A stretch of DNA of 64,000 bases from Phoronis australis (GCA_002633005.1 NMRA01000407.1:62001-126000), one strand, 5' to 3'; shown: positions 51,401 through 63,895, counted from the first letter of the stretch. A program made the numbers and translations. Notes: a model not told the origin generated them from the letters alone.

Positions 51401-54400
51401 CAGACAAAAATACAGCCGTGCCAAAGGCCTGCATCTTGTTTTAACAAATTATTGAGCAAGCATGATGACCCAAATGGACAGTGCTTAATGGCGTCAGGTG
51501 GACTTCGTGTTTGAATAAACAAAGAAAATGTGAGCTTTTCTGTGGACTGTTTAAGTCACATCACTGTTGCATGCATAATTAATAAGGGCAAGGAGACAAA
51601 CCATGAGCACCACTGAAATACTGTATCTGAGATAATCAGAGACGTGTCTGAATTCTTGGTAAATGTAAGGTCAGCCATGATAGCTTCCCTGTGATGAGAT
51701 GAACGCATGAAACCCAGCATTGAAACTTAAAAACTAAGCAACAGCAATAAATACGAATTTTGAGCAAGGAAAGCTTCCCTCTAACCAGAGGTCAAGATTT
51801 CAAATTCCCCGAAAATTCAAGTTTGCTATGCACTTCACAAATTACTGTATAAATAAAGTAACACTATGTTCACGCATGTTTCATGCTAAAAGAACAAATT
51901 TACTAATATGTAATCAAGCACATATCAATGAAAAGAAAAAACACCAAATTGTGAAACATTGCTGATACCAAAGTTGCACTTACTTTACATTTTACAACGC
52001 TGTTAACAAGAGGCACAACATTTGTTTTTAAATCCCTCTGCACTTCCACAGAAACCTGAAACAAAGGATTCAATAAGATGTATTCATTGTTTTCGTGTTG
52101 CCAATCTGACTCGTTTCATCCTGAAGTTGAGCTAAAACCAGAATGCGCCAGCAGTATTGCAAACAGCAAACTCGCCAAGTAGTTTGGGCGATTTAAAGAA
52201 TGTGAAAATTGATGAATAATAGCTACTGAAAGTATCTGACAAACAAGGATTATATGGACAAAAAATGGTAAACAGTAGCCGATAAGATTTTACTTACAAT
52301 CATTTATAAACTAATTAATTTTCATGTGAAGCTGCTGGTCTCACTATTTTCATGATGGGTAAATAGGGTTGGTGTCTGTCAGATCTCAAATTTCTACATG
52401 GTTCCGTAGCTCACATCGAGTACCTGATTATCACTACTTTTCTTCACAAGAACATAGCCAGCCAATGATGCACAGACAAAGCCATCCCTTTCATAAGTCC
52501 CATTACCCAATTTCTGGTTCTCTTCAAGTTTGCAAATCTTTTGACCTGAAAATCATGGAAACATAAAAATATAGGTCAAATTCTTGGAATTGTTACCTAA
52601 GTGCTCAGTGTTTGTTGTAAGTAAAATACAACCACGTAAGCACATCTCTGAAATTCTGGATTCAGAAGTTGTATTGTACACTAAGTCTTGTTTCTGAGAC
52701 AAAAGTAGCAAAAGAAGTCTATAATAGTAAAATAAACAAACTTGTAACGCAAAGCGTAGAGGCAGAGTTTGTATTTGGTAGTACTTAAAGGAGAATGCCA
52801 CCCGATTTAATTAGTCTTTTTTGCCATCTTATCGGCCTATATCCACATCGCCTCGCATACGGTCGACCTTACCTTACCAAGAGGTGTCGCGTTAACATGT
52901 GAGGAAGGTGACAAATGACGCTAGCGACGTCAGTGATTCATATGCAGAGTGAATGCCGCTATGTGAGCTCATGCTAATTTAGTGTTTGCTGGCAGAAGCT
53001 GTTGTGAAACAACTCGATTTCCATACCACGGCCAAGTGTTAAGGGAATCTTTATTTCCTTTTACATTACTCTAATAATGATTGTCAATGTACAACTTCTG
53101 CCCTCTGACGGTGCTGTGGCCAAAGCGGAACCTGAATTCGCCGGCCCCGACGAGTAAGTAGATTTGCAGTTTCGTGGCTAATTCACCAACATAATCAGNC
53201 CAAACTCCTGCTACGGACCTTATTGGCCCACCGAACTTTGTAGGCTACGGTGTGTCCAAATACCAATAAATCCGTAAGAGCGAAATAAAACAACACGTTT
53301 TTATAAGAACTCGGTGTATTTTTAAGGGTTTTACATCGAAGTTTGATGATTTATTGGTGTCAAACGATGATTTCAAGCGACAAGCTGGCACCAGTAACCT
53401 GTGTTGTGAACTGCTGAACAAACTGCGTGTGAAACCTATGACGTCATTGGATAAATTCAACACCTCCGTCTGCCGTCAGGTAACGCAACCGTACGTGTCG
53501 TTATGGAGTAGAACTACTCGATCTAAATTGATACAAATTAGGTTGTTTTTTGGGTGGTATGCTCCTTTAATAACTGCTTCATGACTACTAATAAAAAATT
53601 ATCAATCAATCCATCAGAAAAAGTTTTTAAACTGTGAATTATAGCATAGTAGGTTCATTTTCATACCTAAACAAGTGGCTAATAATGGATATTTTTTGAA
53701 CGTGGATCGGTAAAAGATAAATGAAATTCAGAGGACTGGATATAACATAATCATATCTGTGAATTATCAACTTAAGACATCAACTCCGGATTCTTACAAT
53801 TAATGAAAACTTTTGCATTGGACCAATGAGATTTGAACTTTGCTCCTTGTGATACTGAAGACAAGTGCAAAGTGGCCGCCTACTAAGTTATGTCAGAGAA
53901 CATTAAAAACTTTAAGCAGTAATGTTTTTTGAAGGAAACTTGAAACTTGTTGAATCCAAATAAGCTCAAGAATTTTAATTCATACAGAGTGTTTGTGATG
54001 CTATCTGCATGTGTGTGCTAAAATTTGTTTCTGCAACATCAGATAAACTGAACTTTGTCGCTGACAAGATTGCAATCGCTAAATTCTTTCTACAAAGCAG
54101 ATAATACCCTCATTTGTTATGTCAAACAATCAGATTGTTGGTTGTTATATCATAAAACGCAAGCGTATCAACTGAAAATATTAGACACCTAATTCTGCCT
54201 AATTCTGAGAAATGATATCCATTGTACTGCCAATTCCTCACGTCACTGATCAGTTTTTGATCAAAAATGATGAAAGAAGTATTTATTTTGTGCCAAATCG
54301 GCCAAGTATCTATTGTATCCAAAGTAGCAGTGTGCGGCCACTTGATAAAGGGGCCTCTGTACTCTAAAGCCCCTTTTACACGAGAGAGTTGTCACCGTGT

Positions 54401-57246
54401 CAGTTGTCACGGCACGACTTGCTCCACTTAAGTCACATTTACACGACATTAGATCACAAACTGGATCATCATGAGTTACTTACAAAAGACTTCTGTGCAT
54501 GCTTGCATAAACAATAGCCAATGTCTAAACCATGTCAGTAGATCACCCGAATATACATTATTGCGCACGCGCATTGAAAGATGATCCTTAATTCCGCCCA
54601 GCCCCAATTGTGTTTAGACGATGTCGTGTAGTTGAAACCGGAGCAACTGATTGGGTGTAACTCGCTCTATCTATCAAACCGGTGTCAAAAATGGCCGCCG
54701 CGGCGTTACTCGCTCTGTGTCAGTCGTGTTTACAAGCACACCTCTTCCTGATCAACTGTTCTGTGTTAGCTGCGGCGTGTCAGCTGCCTGTAAATGCAGC
54801 TAATATTATTTGATCATGTAGGACCCTACATTAACTTGTAAATGATCAATTTATTTCTGAAATAAAAGCTGTAGGCCCACTGTACAAAAGAACATGTAAC
54901 ATTCTGAACAGTGCAGCAAGCTATCACAGAGATGAAAAGCATAAAATATATATTTGCATACTAATTTAGCATCATCACTTGTTGGGTTTAATCTATTGAA
55001 CTTAAAAAGATGGAAAATTCTAGTTGTACACTTCAATATAATTTTCTCTTAGTTCAGAATATTTATCAAAACTTAAAGGAAATGGTACTCGTCTTCTACA
55101 ACATTGGGGCAGAAGGTACACACTCTGTGTGCCCTATCCAAATTAAAGTGCCTGCCTACTTCAATCATGAGACTGTGGCTAGAACAACGAAAACCGTGCC
55201 ATGGACATAAATTGTGCACGGGGTATACTCAAACTTAAGATTTTTTGCAATTTGAATTCCTTTTCAAATTGATCATAAAAACACAGTCCAGGATTACATT
55301 GTGATTTGTCAGTTTTGTTGTTCCCTGGAGGTTTCTTTTATTTATACTGTGGCAGGAGGTTTCTGGCAGTCTTTCAGCAGGCAATCAGGCTGTCACGGAC
55401 AGGCACCTGGATTGGGTTTTACTGAAGCTTGAGTAGCTGTGTTTTTAACTGGTGAGTACTTCTAGAGGCTTAGCTAGTGAACTCGTAGCCTTGGCACAAA
55501 GCTGCATATAAATATACAGCTTTGCACCGATGTGGGTAAAAAAAGTGAAAAAGATAAAATTTGACACAAAATAAATGTCATTAAAAACTACAGTCTTCCT
55601 TGAGTAAACTAAATTATTTAACGGCGTTGGAAAAAATGACGTTCTACCATTATTCTGCTGCTTAAGTTGTGGAGCAATCTTTAGCGATGGCTTTTGGCGC
55701 CATGAAGTATTGCGTCACCTATTGGCCGGTTTCTCTTTTCGCCAATTCTTCAATCAACTGTTCTTCTTTCATGAGGTTTCATACACCTCACAACAAATTA
55801 TCGGAACTGGTTTCACTTCATTATGAGTTTTAGAATTTTGATATCGAAAAACTGAATTTCAGAAGAAATTTTGCTGCTGCCAAGCTATCATCATCTCCCA
55901 AGAGATGTCGCAAAAATTTAGGAAATGGCGCGGACTGTTTTCAAAACGACGACATACTTTTCATTGTTAGAAGAGGTGGAGAGTTATGCAAAAAATGACA
56001 TTAATTGCATTGTTTTTCACTTAAACGGCTGTAACGGGCAAGGTGAGTGTCGGTTGATTCCTGCAGATTTTGCATGCACAACATCTGGTCTTTAGCTTTA
56101 CATGTTGATATAATTTTCACGGCGAGGTGTCGAGCAGAACTACCCTGGCTGTGTGCAATTTCGGGGTCTATGGAAGAAATACACACAGTGGTACCTAGCT
56201 GTATTTTGACGACAGTCTTCAATCTTCATACTAGACTTCATACAACATACAGCTAGCTCAGCTGCTAGTACCCAGCCAGCAAGCTGTATGAAGACTGTCG
56301 TCAAAATACAGCCAGGTCCCACTACGTGTATTTCTTCCGTAGACCCCGAAATTGCACGCAGCCAGTGTAGTTCTGCTCGTCACCGCGCCATGAAACTTGT
56401 ATCAACATGTAAAGCTAAAGTCCGGATGGTGTGGATGCAAAATCTGGGAGTCAACCGACATTCACCTTTCCCGTTACAGCCGTTTAAGTGAAAAACAATG
56501 CAATAAACGTCATTTTCTTGTCTAACTCTCCGCCTTTTCTAACAATGAAAAGTATTTCACCGTTTTGAAAACAGTACGCTCGTGTCACACGCATGCGCCA
56601 TTTCCTCAATTTTTGCGACATCTCTCGGGTGATGATGATTGCTTGGCAGCAGCAAAATTTCTTCTGAAATTCGATTTTTCGGTATCAAAATTCTAAAAAC
56701 TTATAATGAAGTGAAACCAGTTCTGATAATTTGTTGTGACGTTTACGCAAGCTCGTGAAAGAACAACATTTGATTGAAGAATCAGCGAAAAAAGAAACTG
56801 GCCAATAGGTGACGCAATATTTCACGGCGCCGAAAGCCGTCGCTAAAGATCGCTCCACAACTTTAGCAGCAGAATAACGGTAGAACGCCATTTTTGCCAA
56901 CACCGTTAAATAATTTAGTTTACTCAAGGAAGACTGTAGTTTTTAATGACACCAATTTTGTGTCAGATTTTATCTTGCCACTTTTTTACCCACAACGGTG
57001 CAAAGCTGTATTGTATACAGCTTTGTACCACCAAGGCTAAGCTGCTAGCTGGCTAGTGAACCCTGTAGTAATACAAAATCAGAATCAGATATCGGTGGTA
57101 AAAGAACTGTTGTCGTTTGTTTTTATTTAGATTGAAAAATTAAAAATATTAAACTAAGAGTATTGTCGAATCCCCAATAGTACTGTCTCCTTCACTAGTC
57201 CCAGAATGATCAAAATACCTGGAACACAAACCACGGGCGCAGACAT
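45466..57246 (-). CDS. EXOSC1: Exosome complex component CSL4, 197 aa
   Basis: Exons (-) 57246-57219 (MSAPVVCVP), 52545-52424, 52055-51984, 49369-49196 ([34 protein letters not shown]), 47026-46945 ([15 protein letters not shown]), 45581-45466 ([20 protein letters not shown]). 594 nt in frame; hallmark Csl4 motifs. Confidence 0.97.
46130..46612 (-). mobile_element. Inverted copy of the 13662 repeat in the last EXOSC1 intron
   Basis: Reverse-complement match to 13662-14150. Confidence 0.8.
47027..49195 (-). other. U12-type (minor spliceosome) GT-AG intron of EXOSC1
   Basis: 5' site GTT|GTATCCTTGG; 3' end TTCCTGAAT-TATGACACTAG, branch-like and lacking a polypyrimidine tract. Confidence 0.85.
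47810..48670 (-). mobile_element. 5'-truncated, frameshifted non-LTR retrotransposon (RTE-X/L2-like ORF2 C-terminus and 3' UTR)
   Basis: [26 protein letters not shown] and [23 protein letters not shown] (CCHC-type finger); 3' hairpin GGGCCGGAGGCCT and AATAAA. Confidence 0.8.
49388..50977 (-). mobile_element. HINE/DINE-1-like element with expanded internal repeats
   Basis: Same head (TTTTATGCGCCCACATATTTATATGTGGGTGCATTATGCCGT) and tail (GTTGCTCTTGTT) as 9040-9893; AAACTGCCA.TAGG units at ~49653, 50097 and 50490. Confidence 0.8.
52789..53566. mobile_element. Kolobok-like MITE
   Basis: TTAA on both flanks (52785-88, 53567-70); TIR AGGAGAATGCCACCC / GGGTGGTATGCTCCT. Confidence 0.8.
54368..54803. 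mobile_element. Possible Harbinger-like MITE
   Basis: GCCCCTTTTACAC and TGTAAATGCAGC with TAA-like flanks; the TIR is imperfect. Confidence 0.35.
55486..57039. repeat. ~1.55-kb foldback: two ~770-bp inverted arms with a ~20-bp spacer
   Basis: 55486-~56258 is the reverse complement of ~56279-57039, roughly 85-90% identical by eye; mirrored ORFs MKTVVKIQ on both strands. Confidence 0.95.
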
Positions 57247-57343
57247 CTTGGATTGAAGACGAGGTCGTACACACCACCTATCGCCAGAGCTCGCTTTGCA
57301 GGTTGAGGAAAAGCGACGTCTGGCGATTAAAGGAGCATCTGTC
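57247..57343. promoter_or_regulatory. Compact bidirectional promoter and 5' UTRs of EXOSC1 and FRA10AC1
   Basis: Divergent ATGs at 57246(-) and 57344(+); YY1-like CAAGATGTC at the EXOSC1 start. Confidence 0.75.
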
Positions 57344-60300
57344 ATGGCAAACTCGGACAAGTTTGACCTCGTTGGTGTAAGTAATTTTGACTGACAGAAG
57401 CTATCAAACGGCCATTCTGCCCATCGTCTGCCTGTAAATCATTGCTGTGTTGTAAATACAGTGCTGGTAATACGAACGACCAGTGGTTTTGACCTTAATT
57501 TTTTTTGCACGTGACTCGTGAGACTGGGCAGACCACATTTCCACTGACTGCCACTTGCAAATTTAGACACGTTAGGCCCACAGGCGTCCTCAGCTTCTGA
57601 TCGTCCCCAATATACTACATATAATACTACAAGGTATGACACTTCGGACTTGAAATTCCACGGGTGCTTCACTTCAGCCGTAAATAGCAAACATAAAACT
57701 CAATATATTTACACAAAACAGGGGTTCAACAAAACAAACCATGAAGAATTGTTCTTTCTCCCAATACCATTCACGGTGTCCTGTTACGGCGAAATTCGCA
57801 GTCAAAGAACAAAAATGTTCACAAAAAGCCCCCACACACTTCCACCCTGGGCCCGATCAGAAGCTGAGGACGCCTGTGGTTAGGCCGTTACTGGGATTTG
57901 TTTCGTCACTCGTTCAGTCGTGAATTGAAACCCTGCGTCTCGTTTTTTATTGTTCACTAGTTATGCCTCATGGAGAGTACTGAATGTAATGGCCAATTTA
58001 GGGCTGAAAGCAGTGAAAGCTTAAACAATCAGCATCCACCACGATTCAGATTTCACAGGCACAATTCCAGGGAACAGGCATCCTCAGCTTCTGATTGTCC
58101 CCCAGTACCCTAGATATATTATACTACAAGGTATGACAATTGTCGATTTGGGTAATTGTTTACAATATGACGACATTGACTTACACATGGATCGATTCTA
58201 TTCAAATCGCCAGGTCGCATTTTGCGACCTAGCCGAAATCCCAGCTCGCATTTTCAAAATCCAGCTCCCATTCATAAATGCCAGGTCGCTAAAATTTCCC
58301 GCCATTTTTACACTCCAAAATTGATTTTTTAGATCACCGAGAAAATGTTTAGATTATGCTCTTACCTGCAGCATTAAATACTGACAAATTTCAGATCGCA
58401 AAACTGAGTTCGTTCATGCAGGTACGGTATTACTGTTCTTAACGACCGCCATTGAAAGGCCTTAAAGCGCAAGGCAAGTTGCCGGCGTGAAAGTTGAATC
58501 AGTGCTCCCTAACTGACACGTGCATTCGAGTAGCTACGTTTGCGATGTGAAAAGGGAGAAACTGCCCGTTGAAAAAGTTTCCATGATTTTGCTAGGTCTG
58601 ACCTGCTACTGGCTGTCATCAAAGTTGTTAAAGATCTAAACTAACTCGGAGTGCAAATTCCCTCCACTTTTTATTCGCAACCCAAATTTTGCAACTTAAT
58701 TCGACGTATGAAAAACATCTGACAAAAAAAAAAACGTGAGATGATACCCTAACCGAATGACGTATTTGGATGCGCGGGAACAATTCAGTGCAAATTTCAT
58801 AACAAAAATGTGGTACTTATGCTATTTACGTAATCAACAATTCGTTTTCTATGAAATGAATAGCCTCGAAATAATTCCCGACTGTGTGCGGGATTCCATC
58901 GTGCAATTCAAGTCTGCTCCTCGATACCTTCCAAGTACGGGGAAAATAGGTCAGTCACGAAACGACTCGCATGTCACTAGTGTTAAGTTTCTTTCGCAGA
59001 TATGAAACAAAGCCGGGATTTGGTTTTTACATATTGAGAAAAGATGTTTTTGAAAACTGAATTTGTTGTGTAAAATGAGAGTGACGCACTATATAGGCTG
59101 CGTGTCAATTTTAAATCACGCGCGGTTTTTTGTATAGTGCGCTACGATGGGCGCTAGCCTGAACCGTAGGCACTTAATGGGAAATTCTCAAAGGTTGAAG
59201 GGGAACGCTTAGTAAATCAGTGACCGCTTATTACAAAACACTTCAAAGGTAGGGAGTAGGCATGTGCGTGAGCATTGTCGTTAACCTGAGTGTTTGCGTT
59301 AATAAGATATTAAACGACTGCAATGGTAAGAAATGGTATAATAATAGGATTTTGCGAGACAAACTCCATCGAGTATAGGGGTGACTTTCTGGATATCGTT
59401 ACCACCTACACTGTACCCTTTTTAGCCACCTGGAATAATTTTGTTTTTAATTGCCCGCTTCAGCTGGAACAAGATTGTTTCTATTGTAGTCTGAACATTT
59501 TACGGCAACGGTGGTCCGGGGAGCAAAAACTTGCCAGGGGGGTGCATGAAGAGAAGAATAAAAAAATTGCTGACCACAATTTTACATCTAGTACCCGTTT
59601 AGTTGCAACAGCTGGCTATGGGCATAGAGTATAGGGTTTAGGGAACATCAACCTCGGGAAACATTGTCACAGGAAATATCAGTTCTGGGTTATATCGGTC
59701 CCGGGGAATATCGTAAAGCATCAGATCTTTTATAACTGCCGGGAATCTGTTCATTTTCAAATAAACCACTGGCATGTACTTGGGTGCTTAACAGAGCCAA
59801 GCTGGTATACTCTTTCACTTAGGACTGTTGCTGTTCTCTTTTGATTTGCAGCTTTGAAGTGGTGTGCACGCGTGAGTCCCCCCACTTGAATCGCAGGAGC
59901 AGGCCTACACTTAACATGCGCTGACCCAGCCTAAAATATAGGGGGGCTCGAATTCTTCCATATGCGGACCTGTTACTGAAAAAAAACCAACTAGTACTAA
60001 AAAACGTGGCCACTATTTTCAGGCCTGCCAATCGTGCATCCGCGCCGAATTCCTGTGGACTTTTGTGGATTTTTGTCTCGTTTACTCGCAGGACTTTTTG
60101 TTTCACTGAGGCGAACCTTTTTGCCCAATTCGCTCGTTTGAGCCTCCCAATCCCCCCTGGGTGTGCCCATTATTTACGCTGGCAGCATCGTGTGAAAGTT
60201 AAATCATATTTTGCACACGTAGCCCCAGAAAAACGTAAAGGGTTAAATAATTTCTTGGTAACTGAAAGCAAAGACGTGGCAGTCGTTTGGCGATTAATAG

Positions 60301-63300
60301 GGTTGTCATTTCCACTTTGGCTGTCATATGCAATAAAAAACGAGACGCACATCTCTAAGTCACGATTGTCTGCCGGGGCCGCTTGTGCGCTAACAACAGG
60401 ACCGATCAGTGCCGCAGTGCCGGCAATATCAGGGATGTTGCGTGTTGTGGATATTTGGTACATGTAATAAGGACATCTTACGCAAAAAATAAACATATTT
60501 GTCCACCACAAAGTTTGATAAGTTGATCGCTTAAGAATAGAAACACCGCCGTTTTGTGACATTTTATCACGTGTTATGCACTGGCCCAAAACTTTCCGGC
60601 CCAAATCTGGAAACTTGCAAAAGTGGTCGAAAGTGTTAGCCAATGAAACGCGTCAAAGATCGATTCTGCATATCCCATGTTCACGCGACTTGCTTACATG
60701 TACAGGTAATCGGGAGGGTTGTTCACGGTTGGCGTTCTTTTGAACTTGGATTTGGCAACAACCAAGTAACAGTCGGATTAACAAGAGTTGCTTTATATTT
60801 GCCAGGTTTCTGCCGAGAAGTGTAAAAACTCAGCTTGCATACGTTGGAAATTCCAGTTTGCATTTAGCGACTTGATACGAGCTGACAAAAATCTCAGCTC
60901 GCATTTCCAAATTTGAGGTCGCAAATGCGACCTGCAGCTCGTTATGTCGAGCCTTTACATATGACTTTGGTATTTTTTGATTCCTTGCAAAGTTATCTTT
61001 CCAAAAATACACAGAAATTCTTCCTACCCCGTTCTTTTAATATTTTATCGTGAAATATCTGCTCACACTATTTCCTGGTACGCGGAAGTAATACCGCCAT
61101 GTTGAATGGAAGGAGTCATCTGGCGGTCAAAAACTTAACTAATCTACAGACTCCTATAGATCATCGCTTTTCATAAGGTCAAATTGATGGAGCCAAGGGT
61201 TCAAATTCGATCCTGTAGTGGCCCTGGTACGCATCTGTTAGCACGAAACCACGAAAAAGCGGAAGTTGTTTTTCAGGTCCATATTGGTGAATGGTATCAC
61301 TTCAGACAATTTCGTGGAAAAATGGTCACAATTATAAAAAAATGGAACTGGTGAAATGCTGCTACTTGTTCCTCCATGTATTATGTCAGGAAAACTTTAG
61401 CGAGAATGTCGCGCAGACAAACACCATTCAGAATCAATGATGCTGTTTCATTCATTAACAACAGGTGTCGCTGTAATCTTGAGTTGAGCTAACATGGCGG
61501 TGTCAACCAGGAAATAGTGCAAACTGAAATTCGACGATAAAATGCGGAGGCGACGCGGTAGGGATAAGTTCATATAATTTTGGAAAGATTACGTTGCGAG
61601 GAATCGAACAATATAATTACCAAAATCATGTGTGTAGGTCAATGTCGTCATACTGTAAACAATTACCTCGATTTGTCACGGAGTGTCAAGATATCGATAA
61701 CTCCACATGTAGCCAGACCATTTCGTAACCTTCCATGATTAACCGGCAATTGCCGTCCATCCGTATCTCATCGGATAATTCCGTATCGTCCTTGACCTCA
61801 AACATCAAAGGAGGACTGATGCGTGGGCTTTTTGGGAACATTTTTGTCCTTTGGCCATGAATTTTTTTGCGATCTCGCTGGAGCAGGACACCATGAATGG
61901 TATTAGATGAAAGAACAATTACTAAATAAATGGTTTGTTGAAACCCTGTTTTGTGTAAATTTATTCAGTTTTGTATTTGATATGAACGGCTGAAGTGAAG
62001 CACCAGTGGAATTCCTTTTCCCGAGTGTAGTATTACATATAGTGTATTGGGGACGATCAGAAGCTGTGGACCCCTGTGGGATTGGCAATGTATTTATGGG
62101 GGTGCCATTCTGGAAACTATCTCACAGACGAATCACAGGACAGCACAAGACAAGGACGAATGATGTTGACTATTTCAACATTCCTCTCGTCCCTAGAACT
62201 AAAAGAAGAGAGGCTCTCAAGGGAATCAACATCATTCACAGAAATATTTATTGTCCCCCCAAACCAAAAAACACAAACTGTTAGCATAAGGACGATGTGA
62301 TATTTCCCATTGGAAGATGGAGATAAAACAACTGTTAAAGAAGTTAAAATCAATAAAAAGAGTTTGGAGTGCCAGCATACCCCAGATAGAGGGAGCTGTC
62401 ACTTGGCCGTAAATATACGGTAGTTGTCAGAGAGTCTCTCCAAACATAATGAAAACAACACAATTATACATAACCCCAGGTAGGGCTGGACGTAACAGAT
62501 CATAGTCACTATTACGTCACTCCAATATAAGGGCTGGCCTGTCAAATCGACACTGTTCAAATAACCTATTTGTCGACTTATTGTAGCCTGTAGGTAGAGT
62601 GTGTATACTGGGAATTGAACAGGTTCATTCCAACCTTTAATGGGTCTTACCATTATACTCACTCATTCAGTTGTCACTGATTTTGTACTGAGCTCTGGAT
62701 TGTTCTGTGTAGGTTCATCATGGTGGTGGTTATGGGTCTGAGTTTGAGTCCGACAGTGAAGCCGAGCTCAAGAGGTAAGAAAAATAGGAAATATTTCGCA
62801 CTAGATGACTGGGATATCAATTTTAAATCTGTAAATTTTGAAATTCAAAAATACCTTATGACGCTTAACGTCACATTTAAACTGCTATCTCACTTTTATA
62901 TTCCAATACTCAACTGTGTTGTCTTAAATTAATTGAAAAGTGGCATAGCTAAGGAAGGTATGTAGGCAGTCATTCGTCCTGAGCAAGATATCACCATTGC
63001 TTTCCGCTGACTGTCAATAGTTTTTGCTACGTTATTGGATTGGAAAGTTGGCCAATTAAAATACTGTTACTCAACCTTTAAAAGCCCCCTAGAGAAGCTT
63101 TCTGAAAGAGTTGGTAGAAAATTTGTTTTGTTTAATTAACAGAGCAAAACGAAAGGATCTCATTCCCCACAGAAAAAGGACCACTGATGGAGTTGCTCAC
63201 AAGCGTGAACTGGGCAGTGAATACAGCAAGTATGTGTCTTGGGAATCTCTCTTCTTTTTTTACGCATAGAGAAAGAGGAATAATTCATCAATTTTCTCTG

Positions 63301-63895
63301 CCTAAATGTGGTAAGCATTTTCTTCAATTTGGATTGTGTTCCTTTCGTGTTCAAATCTTAAATCCTCTTTTTAGACTATTTGGGAGCAGCAGTTTACGCA
63401 ATATGACTTATTGAAGCATCTCGCTTCATTCAATGGTGAGGGTTGAATGTATTGATTTAATTACGCACTGGTCATAAAAATAGCAGCTTTATTTGTCAAA
63501 CTTGAGTCCAGTAACACTTTTTGTTTCAATGGCTATATACTATGATTGTGTGGTGCTTGTTGGCCAACTTTTGGCTTAAGGAAAAACCACTTCATTCTTA
63601 TTTTGTCTTATTTTGAGATTGGCTATTTTTGACCCACACTTGTAGCACTCAATATACCATAGTTTTAAACTTTAATGAAGTTAATTGCTGAATGAAAGAC
63701 TGTGAAAATTGTACATGGATGCCCTATTTTTATTGCTAACTTACAGTGATACACTTTTTTCTTTTGGCCAGTGTTTTCTGAAACATCTTGATTAATTGCT
63801 GACTTCTACAGTTTCAAAATTATTCAGCATGATTAATTATTTATTTCAGAGAGGAAGGACGTACCATGAGGTTTCACTTTCTAAGCATGGATGCC
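57344..63895 (+). CDS. FRA10AC1: FRA10AC1 spliceosomal protein, 5' part (continues beyond the window)
   Basis: Exons 57344-57376, 62713-62774 (HHGGGYGSEFESDSE), 63143-63229 (VAHKRELGSEY), 63850-63895 (EEGRTMRFHFLSMDA). Resembles human HGHGGYDSDFSDDE..VAHKQ..EEARNRRFHLIAMDA as I recall it. Exon 1 rests on phase and a strong donor only. Confidence 0.88.
57579..57878. mobile_element. Intact 300-bp MITE with 25-bp perfect TIR and 8-bp TSD (P- or hAT-like)
   Basis: TIR CACAGGCGTCCTCAGCTTCTGATCG; TSD GTTAGGCC at 57571-78 and 57879-86. Confidence 0.92.
58073..62078. mobile_element. Nested cluster of CACAGG-family TIR modules in FRA10AC1 intron 1
   Basis: Family ends at 58073(+) and 62078(-). Inverted pairs 58153-58190/61628-61667 and 60950-61103/61491-61640. 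61690-62078 is an inverted copy of 37968-38345. Confidence 0.6.
59914..60170 (-). mobile_element. GC-rich MITE, inverted homologue of 4125-4327
   Basis: CATGCGC..ACCCAGCCT..GGGGGGCTCGAATTC and GGACTTTTTGT..TTTTGCCCA.TTCG. Confidence 0.6.

Noticed and set aside
52424-52545. Apparent frameshift in EXOSC1 exon 2
   Set aside because: Re-reading gives GGT AAT GGG ACT TAT, so the frame is intact.
56001-56491. Paired MKTVVKIQ ORFs as duplicated genes
   Set aside because: They are mirror products of the foldback arms, with no splice structure or recognisable domain.
60006-60643. Overlapping 153- and 157-aa ORFs
   Set aside because: They lie in repeat-derived intronic DNA and show no recognisable motifs.
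62100-62630. Possible degenerate coding fragment in FRA10AC1 intron 1
   Set aside because: Multiple stops and no motif I could recognise.
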